Source: Enoplolaimus lenunculus (lineage: Eukaryota). Taken from it: a stretch of DNA of 64,000 nucleotides. Both the position numbers and the translations under genes were made by a program. The notes under the pieces were generated by a model that worked only from the letters and a program-made list of their open reading frames with translations, made no database searches and was not told the origin of the DNA. The stretch covers positions 62,001 through 126,000 of the forward strand of contig JASANG010003525.1 in NCBI GenBank assembly GCA_030248215.1, given 5' to 3'. The first letter of the stretch is position 1. The number at the start of each line of letters is the position of its first letter. This document shows, piece by piece, positions 50,330-62,134 of the stretch.

Positions 50330-53300
50330 GATGATTACGGTAAGTTAGCCTAATCGTCTTCAAACCGTTACGACAACTGGATAACTCTTCCTAAATGTTG
50401 ATTTTACTGTCATTGATAAAATTTAGTTTGGTATATAAATATCATAATTACTAAGCAGAATAATTACTGTTAGCCGAAAATGTAGATTGCGATAAGATAA
50501 CATGAAATAAATGAAAAGAATCGCAAAACTCTGCAGACGGACGCGGATGTTATAGAAACCACGAGCTAAAGTAAAACTGTTCTGGAAAGCACACCTTAAA
50601 ATCACTCAATTCACTCAATTTTATACTTTTAACCGCAAGAAGAGCTATAAATATTTGAAATTCCGTACGAACCATAGCGTATAAATACGCAATCCACAAT
50701 GCAAAAACACAATACAACTCCGCAAAAACACAAACAAAATTGTTTTTATGAAATAAGATTACTGTCACTGGCATACTGACGAATTACGATTTATACACAC
50801 AAAACAAATTGTCTTGAAATTTTAAGACTTTCAAGACAAATGCCTGGTATTTCAAGCATATATTTAAACAGCTCAGAAATTCGTGTCTAAAATAGTTAAA
50901 ACATATTAAATGTAATCTATTCAAAAAATTACTGTTGCCAATTGAGAAACAAAATTTTTCCTTTCAAAAATGGTTGACTTCTCTTCAAGAGTTAATCTAC
51001 AGATTTTGATGTATGTAAAACATCTGTTCCGTTTATATTTTGGTTTGAGCTCAGGCTCCCCCAACCCAAGTTTACGTCTTCGACGAATCTTTGGGAAAAT
51101 CTTTGTCTTGATTTCAGAAATATTTGTCTTAAGCGTTTATTAGATTTCAGATTTTTAAGTCTGAAAAATTTCCGTTCCATATTTCTGAAAAATTAAAAAA
51201 TAAAATCTGAAATTCACGACATATAATGACTAGAAGTCAGGAGTCTGTATTAAGACATATTTGTATTAAATTTCAGACAATATTCCTTGAATATAACACA
51301 ATGTATTTCGTGTGTAAAAGCTGAGATCAAAATTTTAATTTTAATCATATGATTTGGTGGATCGCTATCAACGCTTCGAAAAGACAGTACCAATACTGGA
51401 CGATTGCCAATTTGTTTGGTCGAGGGCTCGCCTGCCCTTTGGTGCCCCCTTTTCGTTCGCTGGTCAACCGTAAGCGCCAACAGTTATGTACGTTTCTGTT
51501 CAACTGGGCCACTCCTACTCATTTTTGCTTCCCGACATCATCTTAAGATAAAAAGTAAAGTAAATCTATATTTTTATAAAAAACATTCGCATCTGCAGTT
51601 CTAGGCCTGTATTTTCTATTGTGTGTAGCACTTATCACCAGTTGATGATAAATCATTGTAACTTTCGAACCAGTGAATGCTGTATCTCAACATTCAGCAC
51701 ATTTTTCGCATATCATTTGCTCAACTCCATGTACACATTTCGACTTCAACTCCTGCAATAGGTAGTGAATTTGAAAACCTGTTACTAACTGATGATAGTT
51801 GCTATACACATTTTAGAATATGGGCCCTAAACTGAAGCCTGCCCACATATTCCAAACGAATTTTGTGTATGTAGCCATTTATATGATTATAAATAAAATG
51901 TATTTCATTAAAATTCATAAATCTACCAATAGTATTCTAGAATTTAATTTTCAGACGATTAAACTTTGCAAGAAAAAAGCTAATTTTTTGAACCAGAGTT
52001 TTCAAATTCAGCATTAATAGTTTATGACAGAAATTCAACCACATGCTTACTACGATTGTGTCGGCTAACGTGTTTACGTAAGCTATGGGTCAATCAGGAA
52101 TCCATTACTATATCGGGGGCCAAGAAGATTTTTGGACGAATGATGTTAAAAAATAAGGGTTGCGCTATATTCGCTGGACACCCCCTAGCGGCATGGTAAC
52201 AAATTTTGTTAAAAATTGCCGCACGCCGCCGAACACCATCGCGGTGGCGTGTGACGCAGTTATGTATAGCGCAACCCTAAAGGTTTAAGAAAGAACAAAT
52301 GCATGAAACATATATTTATAAACACTGCCGTGTTCATACGATTTTCAGTTTTGGCTCCCAATCTCATTTTTTTGTTTAAAGCCTTGCTGTTAAAATTTAA
52401 AATATCAAATTTATCCAAAACGCAACTTTTAACTTTACACCCGAGAATGCCCATATTTCGGTTCTAATCATCAAAATCAAAATTGTAAATGACCTCACAG
52501 TGTTGTAGTCAAACCTGCACACGTGACTTTGTTCGCCGAAAGCTTTCATGTTTAGCGAAAATATTTCACTAATTGAACTCATCTGACTCAGATTTCAACT
52601 GCCACCAGCCACGCTGAAATAAATTAAACTCAGATGACTCACACATTTCAACTGCCACCGCCCACGCTGAAATAAAACTTTCAAATAGCGACGGAGTGCG
52701 TGATAGAGTCCTTGAATTTCCCTCAATTGCCATAGCTAAAGTACTTCACACAGCAATTGCAAAACAGTTAAATGTCCAATAATTTGTGAGTGAAATGTTT
52801 TGCAGAATAAGGTGGTACACCAACAGTCTTAGTTTTTGCTATGAGATGCATCCTTTGTTTTAGACAAATCTAACACGGGTGAAACTGTCCGAAACACAAA
52901 TTTTCAACAAGATTGTTGGCCCTTAAGTTTTTAAAGCTTTGTACTTGCCCTACCTTCCTTGTCAGAGGTGCAAGCAATGGGAGCCAGTGGGATCGTGGCA
53001 TGGTATGGTTTGGAACAAAACTTATTTCTGCTAATAAATTTATGCACGCGGACATAAGTTGTGGTAACAATTTTAAGAATAAACCTGAAAGTAAAAATGT
53101 AGGCACGTCCATTCAGCGACAGATCCAGAAATTTCTGACGAGGGTCGGAGGACTGGCAAAAGTTTTAAGTATGTTAGGATACGTATGCCTAGTTTCTGAG
53201 GGAAAAATTGGAAAGTAGCGTCGTTACCATTTTATCACCAAAAATTTTCTGACTTGTATATGGTAAGGACCCTATCATTTTATCACTACAAAAATTTTCT

Positions 53301-56300
53301 TAGAGGAAAATTGTAAGGTACAGACGGACTTTAATGCCATTTTATCACAAAAAAATCCTGACGGCAGGGAATACAACCCCCACCCACCCTCTGTATCCGC
53401 TAGTGGCTGTCAGTACTCCAAAACAAAATCATTGGCGAGTGCCGTTCGCAATTAGTGATCTGGTGAATGTGTTGCTGACACGTTGCTATTTTTAATTGGT
53501 CAGACTCGAGTCAGCTAATAGTATAACCAATCGTAAAGCAGAAATGTTGACATTCGACACTATTTCAAAATTGACGAATCCCAATGAAAAAATTAATTTT
53601 GAATTTGTGGATTGGTTGATTCAACACATGGTTACAGCGCGTGTAGAATTATACATATAAAGACTACTTCACGACCGAGAAACTAGACGTAATTTAAGTG
53701 TCCGTTTCTTCTATAATGGCTAAGTTCGTTTTGGTTCATGAAATGGAGGGTCACCAACCCACACCCCCGTCAGGCTACGCCTTTCTTGATACGTTAGGTT
53801 ATGCGGTTGCGACATGAGTCAAGCTCACGAGTTTACCTTGTAGAACTCTTAAATAGTGAAATAAAATGCCAGCAACTCAGATGTGTTAAATTCCAAAGTT
53901 TGCCTGGCATAAAGATCAACTGATGGGTGCTCAGCAAATCGACAGCCAGCTCAAGGGGGGGCTAAAAAATTTTCTGCAGGGGCATACAAGGGTTATGACT
54001 TACGAGTAAGGTTGAAACTTTTCAAAGGGATCCAAGTTTTCTTTGGAGGAGAGGCTGACTCTTCCTGGCCCGCAGCTGTCTACGGGACCGGTGCTCGATT
54101 GCTGTAAACATCCTACGAACATAACTGACCAGAGCAGTAAAAATTATAAAAATCATTTGGAATTTTTCCAACGCAATTTCACAATTGTGTACCTCGCCGT
54201 ACTAATTTGAGCAAATAAAGTCTAATTTTAACTTTTGCAAAAAGTTCAAAAAAAAACTATTCCATTTGGTTTCAGAAAGTTTAAAATGTTACTTAAATTT
54301 TGAAAAACATAACATTTTAGTTACAACATCTTACTTAAACACCACAATGTGAGTCGTGTGCATAAAGATACAAGAGGTGTGAAACAAGATGGAGATACCC
54401 GAAAACAGTTTTGGTTAAAATAATGTGTTTCAGCAGAATAGACTGTCAAAAATGTATACGTATCTACGACCACCAGGGTGTAAACTGATAGTAAAAATGA
54501 CACAAACGGAAACTGGTCAAAATAACGGAAACACGAACGAAAGCGGATATTGAAGTATAAAAGTTTCAAATATGTTTTCTTTTCTTCTCTGCCAATACAA
54601 ATGAATAATGCACATGATTGTTGGGTTCTCTAAAATTTTAGATAAAACTTAGCGGGTACATCCAAAATTTTTTAAAATGTTCTGACATACACAAAGTAAA
54701 ACATCCAAATTTGAAACTTCGAGTTGAACTTTTAAACCTTTAATGTATCAAAATGCGTATGAATTTCAGCTCGTTTCGCTCGCGTTCTTCTTTTGTTTTG
54801 ATTCTTGGCATCATGTAACTTGTGCTTTCGAGTTTCAACATGACATAATGTTACAAACGTACAGATCACTGCTGTTTTAAACTTCACTCTCTCTACCGAA
54901 TATTGTTTCTGTTCAACCTCGTTTTTTCAACTTTCTATTTGTCGAACCCTTTTTCAGTTGAATCAACCATTTTATATTTCCACACATAACCACGAGGTGT
55001 ATCGTGGAAGAAGAGTATGGATCGGAACTGTTAACGAATTGCAATAAACCAAAACTTTGTGTCATTAAAATTCGTGTTTTGACTGTCATTCACTTCGCTC
55101 GCGAGGATTCTTCCATTAAATATTGCAATTCCACCCTGCGTCAATAAATTTTGGGTCCGCGCATCTGTACACTGTAAAAAAATGGTGAGTCAAATAAACT
55201 CTGTCCGAAATAGGCAATTCGACTCCGCCAAACTCTCTCCGAAATAGGCAATTCGACTCCGCCAGAGTCAAATTCGACTCACTGAGCGATTCAGTGAATC
55301 GAATTTGACTTGTGGCGGCATCGAATTTTGACTCAGTTTGTGTAGTCAGGAAAAGCCTGTTTCGGAGAGAGTCAATTTGACTCACTATTTTTTGCAGTGT
55401 ATATGAAAGTTTATTTTAAAACTTATTTTTGTATGCTCTTCGAAAACGAAAAACTGCACTGAGCGAATGCGGGTTAAGCCCGGGCCGAGGTTGGTCTGCC
55501 TGAGCCGATTTCAACTCTCATCTTAGTTTTACTTGTTGTTTAAAAAGGTTACATATTAGATATACTTTAGAGCGTTTAAATTATGCGTAAACATTTTGAC
55601 CGAAGTAAAATTTACAGTAAATTATCTGCCGAACAAGGACCGAACAATCAAACAATGGCGGATCCAGAAATTCCTGACAGGAAGGTCGCACAATATACAG
55701 AAATGTGATTCAAACTTGCCACAGTTGAATAAAACCCGTTTTGTAGCAGCGATCGGGCGCTGAAAAACAAAGGGGTGAATCTGCGGTAAATGAGTACTGT
55801 AGTGACCCGAATAAGAGGGGTGGACTGATATTTATTTGGCCTCTCCAGAGGGTACCCCCCTTGTTATTCGGTTACGGACTGTTATTTATTTTTAGCCCAC
55901 CACCCGCCGCCCTTGGTTACTGATATACTCGGTATTGCAACTATCCGGTAAATTAAACGTTTTTTGCCTTGCATCAAAAGCTTGAGCGATAGTGCAACGT
56001 TACACTTTTGATAATTATTTTCAAAACTTAAGTACGCTTTGAGTTTCGAACTCAACTTTATTTAGTCCTCTAGTCATTTCTGCGCTACAATTAGGGATAA
56101 TTGACATTTATGGACTCTAATTAGTGTTTAGGGACCCTATTCGCTTACGGACTCTTATTATGGATACAGACTCCTATTGATCGAGACTCAAAATGGTGGC
56201 CCCCCTCTTATTACCCCCCTCTTATTCGGGTCAATACAGTATGTTGGTGTGGATGCGAGTCGACTCGGACTGTTTTCGAAAAAATTTTCGAAGAAAAAAT

Positions 56301-56891
56301 GATGCAAAATTAATTTACTACTAAACAACTTTGCATTCCAAACACTTTGTAAGCATTTCGTTTTAAGCGGTACAATTAGAGAAATAAAGTGTTCGTTTGT
56401 GAAAAATAACAAAACCGGAAAAACAACTCTGAATAAGTTTCGATAAAATGTGTTCTAAAAACGCTTCGATTGTCCAGTTCCGCGATATTCATTTATCAGA
56501 CAATTGAGCCAATGAACGTATAGAACAAGGACGCAACAGTAGTATAAGCATATTCCTAGTCCGAAACTTAAGCCTAAGCAAAAAAATTGGTCTACAGCTT
56601 AATCATACTCTACTGCAGTCCCGCAGAAAAACGTTCCGCTTCTTATCTTTACATGGGCCAATGTTTCGACTGTCCACCTCTGTGACGTAAAATTATATCT
56701 AGAATTGGATGCTGCTATCAAACAACGTAAAACATAAAGATATACACCTTTGCCTTTTTAACTGCACGTAACCAAAAGTAAAAACGAAAAAATTTCTCTA
56801 CAGAAATTGCCGGAGGAACCACCGGCAAAAATTCAATCAGAGCCAGCGGTCAATTTTTAGCCGGAGCCGGAAGTAGGCCTTCGGTTGTACA

Positions 56892-58630
56892 CTGACATTA
56901 AAACTCAAGGCTTATGCTAAGGCTGAAGCAAACTGTTACACAAACGTTTAACAAAACCTTAGGCATGCGTAAACCGTTTCCTAAGCCTAACCCTAACACT
57001 GAGCCTAATAGTGTGGAAGACAGTGCCCAAGAGCCTCCTGACATTTAAACTCAAGGCGTATGCTAAGGCTGAAGCAAACTGTTACACAAACGTTTAACAA
57101 AACCTTAGGCATATGCAAGCCTTTTCCTAGAACCCTAAGACAGAGCCGAAGAGTATGAAAAAGCAGTGCCCAAGAGGCTCTAATGAAGCACCTGAAACTA
57201 TATAATACCTAAGGCACCTTAGGCATACGCAAGTTTTTTCCTAAAACTAATCCTAAGACTGAGGCCTAAAAGTATGGAAGACTGTGCCCAAGAGGCTCTA
57301 ATTAAGCACCTGAAACTATATAATACCTAAGGCACCTTAGGCATACGCAAGTTTTTTCCTAAAACTAATCCTAAGACTGAGGCCTAAAAGTATGGAAGAC
57401 TGTGCCCAAGAGGCTCTAATTAAGCACCTGAAACTATATAATACCTAAGGCACCTTAGGCATACGCAAGTTTTTTCCTAAAACTAATCCTAAGACTGAGG
57501 CCTAAAAGTATGGAAGACTGTGCCCAAGAGGCTCTAATTAAGCACCTGAAACTATATAATACCTAAGGCACCTTAGGCATACGCAAGTTTTTTCCTAAAA
57601 CTAATCCTAAGACTGAGGCCTAAAAGTATGGAAGACTGTGCCCAAGAGGCTCTAATTAAGCACCTGAAACTATATAATACCTAAGGCACCTTAGGCATAC
57701 GCAAGTTTTTTCCTAAAACTAATCCTAAGACTGAGGCCTAAAAGTATGGAAGACTGTGCCCAAGAGGCTCTAATTAAGCACCTGAAACTATATAATACCT
57801 AAGGCACCTTAGGCATACGCAAGTTTTTTCCTAAAACTAATCCTAAGACTGAGGCCTAAAAGTATGGAAGACTGTGCCCAAGAGGCTCTAATTAAGCACC
57901 TGAAACTATATAATACCTAAGGCACCTTAGGCATAAGCAAGATTTTTACTAAAACTAATCCTAAGACTGAGGCCTAAAAGTATGGAAGACTGTGCCCAAG
58001 AGGCTCTAATTAAGCACCTGAAACTATATAATACCTAAGGCACCTTAGGCATACGCAAGTTTTTTCCTAAAACTAATCCTAAGACTGAGGCCTAAAAGTA
58101 TGGAAGACTGTGCCCAAGAGGCTCTAATGAAGCACCTGAAACTATATAATACCTAAGGCACCTTAGGCATACGCAAGCTTTTTCCTAAAACTAATCCTAA
58201 GACTGAGGCCTAAAAGTATGGAAGACTGTGCCCAAGAGGCTCTAATGAAGCACCTGAAACTATATAATACCTAAGGCACCTTAGGCATACGCAAGTTTTT
58301 TCCTAAAACTAATCCTAAGACTGAGGCCTAAAAGTATGGAAGACTGTGCCCAAGAGGCTCTAATTAAGCACCTGAAACTATATAATACCTAAGGCACCTT
58401 AGGCATACGCAAGTTTTTTCCTAAAACTAATCCTAAGACTGAGGCCTAAAAGTATGGAAGACTGTGCCCAAAAGCCTCTAATTGAGCAGCTGAAACTATA
58501 TAATACCTAAGGCACCTTAGGCATACGCAAGTTTTTTCCTAAAACTAATCCTAAGACTGAGGCCTAAAAGTATGGAAGACTGTGCCCAAAAGCCTCTAAT
58601 CGAGCAGCTGAAACTTTATAATACCTAAGG
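56892..58630. repeat. Tandem array: two 146-bp units followed by about 12.5 near-identical 118-bp units
   Basis: Motif cctgaaacta recurs at 57191, 57309, 57427 ... 58607 (period 118). ctgacatt(a/t)aaactcaagg at 56892 and 57038 (period 146). Both unit types share the core accttaggcat...gtgcccaagag. Confidence 0.97.
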
Positions 58631-59105
58631 TGAAAGACCACTAAGCTGCGCATCTGACTGAAAGAATTGCTGATTGCGTTTAAGTACTTACAAGTAAACA
58701 AAATATGATGTAAAAATGACAAACATATATTTTAAACGCATATTTACAAAATACTTTCAATATAGAGTATAACGAAAAGACCAGACTCTCATACCGTCTA
58801 TGGAGGATGCCGCATCCCCCACCGGACGTCTTCGTCACACCCAGGCCAAAAACTTTGAGTCTACAGTATTAAGACAATTCTATGTTTAGAGAAATTTGCC
58901 TTGTGTCTCCAGAAACGTTAGTCCCCCCTCTACTTACAATTCCTACTTGCGGGGGGAGAGAGGTAACAAAGACAGTGAACTTTTATTGAATTCTTCTAAA
59001 GTTTAGTTTAGTATAATGTAAAGTAATAACTACTCTACACGAAATATGAAAATGCAAAAATTGAGATACGGAAACGTTTACAATGTCTATTATGTCAGCT
59101 CGGAC

Positions 59106-59281
59106 GGCCAATGTTACTTTAAGGGGCGTAACAGTAGATTAAGCGTATTTCTAAGCCTAAGCCTAAGCGTTGCAGAAGTGTGTTCCTAAGCCTAAGCCTA
59201 AGCAAAAATGTAATCTAGAATCTAAGCCTACTCATTTAAAGACCCACCAGTAACCTGAACGCCCCATAAAGTAAACGGGCC
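59106..59281. mobile_element. GGCC-ended (GCCTAA)n MITE
   Basis: TSD gctcggac/gcacggac. Confidence 0.8.
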
Positions 59282-59439
59282 GCACGGACTTTGAGATAAA
59301 TGTTGTTGTATAAAATGTGGGATATGTGCACTTGCGGATTTAGAGCGGGGATGTAAATGCCCCCCGTAAGAAAACTTTATGTTGCCAGTCGTAGTGGGAC
59401 AGCATGTATCGAGTGAAGCTCGAACACACGTGAGCAATG

Positions 59440-59960
59440 AAACTAATATGCTTATTACTTATTAGCTAACTATTCATTTATCGGTTTTCGAGGTTTGTTA
59501 ACTATTTATTCAGATTCCTCTCACCAAAAAACTCTTGAGTAACCCTAATAATTTGTGAAACTATTTTAAAAGCCATTATTTAGGCTAATCAATTAAGCAA
59601 ATATGCAAATTAACTACTTGCTAACTGTTTGATTATCGGTTTTGGAGGTAGGTAAACAACTCATTCACCTTTCTCGCACCCAAAAATCCTTTAGTGCTGA
59701 AATTAGATTGCTTTTAACCCTAATAATTAGTAAAATATTGTAAAAAGACCAAATTTAGGCTTATAAATTATGCTAATATGCAAATCATCTATTAGCTAAC
59801 TATTCGATTATCGGTTTTGGAGATATGTAAACAATTTATTCAGAATCTTCGCATACAAAAACTCTTTAGTGCTGAAATTAGATTGCTTGTAACTGTAATA
59901 ATTATATAGTGAAATAATGTAGAAAGTCCTCATTTAAGCTTAACTCATTATGCAAACTAG
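59440..59960. repeat. Three diverged ~160-175-bp tandem units
   Basis: gctaact...ttatcggtttt(c/g)gag recurs near 59465, 59620 and 59795; units end with atgcaaa(t). Confidence 0.8.
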
Positions 59961-60001
59961 CCTGTAGCTAATGAACCGCATAAAATTTTGAAACTCCAAT
60001 G

Positions 60002-60370
60002 GGCCAATGTATAGAAAAGGAACGAAACTGTAGTATAAGCATATTTCTAAGCCTAAGCCTAAGCCTAAGCGTAAGAATGAGCTTGGCCCATGTATAGAAC
60101 AGGGCCAAATCGTTTTCCGGCGGGGCTGTAATAGAGTCAGATTAAACTTAAGACAAACTTTTTTTACTTAGGCTTAGGCTTAAGCTTAGACTTAGTAATA
60201 AAGTCATCTTTACGCTTAGACTTAGGCTTTGGCTTACAACTATTCTTTTACTACTGTTCCGGCGTTGTTCTATACATGGGCCATAAGCTTATACCTAAGC
60301 CTAAGCAAAACAATTAGTCTAAAACTTAAGCGTACTCTATTACAGTCCTGTCGGAAAACGTTCGGGTCAT
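60002..60370. mobile_element. Nested pair of GGCC-ended TTAGGC MITEs (inner copy 60085-60282, opposite orientation)
   Basis: Inner TSD atgagctt/ataagctt; the outer copy resumes after the insert. Confidence 0.8.
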
Positions 60371-61119
60371 GGTAATATCCCTATTATACAATTTTTCCCT
60401 TATAGAAAATTGACACATATTGCATTTAAGTACTAAAAATTGCGTTTCATAACTTTTGTCGGCCCGACCCCGACAGAAATTTCTGAATCCGCCGCTGAAT
60501 CTATAGCGCAGTCTGTCAATAAATGTAACATCGCTCGAGAGACCTGTACGACACAGTGCCCGCCAATGTCACGCTGCTTGCAGCTGGGTGCAACCGGTTA
60601 TCGATTTCCGCTAAAAGTCGGTGCCCGCTTCCGTTTTAGAAATCCAGGGTACAACCGCAGATCTGCCGCCGGCTCCGGCAGAAAATCGGCCTCCGGCTCT
60701 GGTAGAATGTTTCACGAAGGTTCCGACAACTTCAGCAGTAAAATTTTGCAGAGTTCTGCCAAATTTATCTGTTTAGCGCGTTTCGTTTTCGTGTTGTCAC
60801 AATTTTCAGGAAAGCATTTCCGAAATTTCGCAGAAAATTAGCGTAAAACCAAATCACTTAACAACATGCTGCAGAGTGCAGATATTAGCTGAAATTGGCT
60901 GACATTCACTAATTAAACATCATTTTTACTACCTAACATCGCCTCATCTCCGGCTACTGTTCCGGCAAATTTAGGTGACCTCCGGCTCCGGCTTCGGTAT
61001 TTTTCACAGCCGGTTGCACCCTGAGACATACCAAAATTCTATTATTTTATGCTCGATATTCGGAAACAATTTTAAAAAAATAAGTTACAAAAATATGCCA
61101 AAATTCTTTTAAATTTTCG

Positions 61120-61293
61120 GGTCAATGTTACTTTATGGGGCGTAACAATAGATTAACCGTATTCCTTAAACCTAATCCTAAGCGATGCAAAAATGAGTTC
61201 CTAAGCCTAAGACCAAGCAAAAAAATGTAATGTAGAATCTAAACTTCCTCTTTGTAGACCTACCAAACACCTGGACGCCCCTTAACATGGGCC
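61120..61293. mobile_element. GGCC-ended (GCCTAA)n MITE
   Basis: Perfect TSD aattttcg. Confidence 0.85.
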
Positions 61294-61985
61294 AATTTTC
61301 GAATGACAAACATTTTCACTACAGAAAATATATACCGGAAAATCCCGTGAAAAAATACCGGATTTCCTTACCGGAACTGGATTTCCAGTTGCACCCTGAT
61401 ATATTTCGCAATTTTTCATTATACAAATATGCTGCAACGAAATTAATCCAAAATCATAAATATTTCAGCGTATCCGCTGTTTTCTCTCTAAAATATACAA
61501 ATATTAAAAAGCCCACTGAATATTGCTTGCCTCAATTTATTGTGTAGCTGACAAATACATGCTTGATGTCTTAACCCCTTCTCACATTGAGTTGCTTGTG
61601 GGCAACTCAGTGCAGTGTATATACGTTAAATAGTATATATCGCACCGTGTTTAACAATTGCAACACGTCATAAAAGTAGGTCTCAGAGGAAATAGAAAAT
61701 ATTCATGTGAGAAAGGGTTAAATATACGACCAATTTTGATGATTTTCCAGACATGTCGAACTAAAATTCGCCCGGGAAGCTCGACTATAGGCAAGCGAAA
61801 CTCAACAAAAATCCCTAAATATAAAAGATATGTCGAGACGTACACTTTCGGTTGCGAGAAGCCTGAACTCAACGCGAAATATATACGCTTATAATTCCAT
61901 TACTTATGAAACAAAAACAAGCCAAATTTCAGACACGGATTTTTAAGCTTTAACACATTTTAGGCTTAAAAATTGACAAAAGTAA

Positions 61986-62134
61986 GGGTTGCGCTACACA
62001 TTTGCTAACGTCCAGCGCCGTCCGTCACCTGTCCGGCGTCCGTCACCCTGCGGTATTGTACGCAAATAACTCACGTACGATGCCGTGTAGTCACGGACGA
62101 TGATGGACGGCGCCGCACAAGTATAGTGCAACCC
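61986..62134. mobile_element. PIF/Harbinger-like MITE; copies 19320-19458, 24940-25111, 52157-52277, partial ~32513 and ~47200
   Basis: TIR gggttgcgctatac; TAA target duplication at 52157 and 61986. Confidence 0.8.

Noticed and set aside
57100..58630. CRISPR-like array (regular spacing, palindromic motif)
   Set aside because: The whole 118-bp unit repeats with no unique spacers, there are no cas genes, and the context is eukaryotic.
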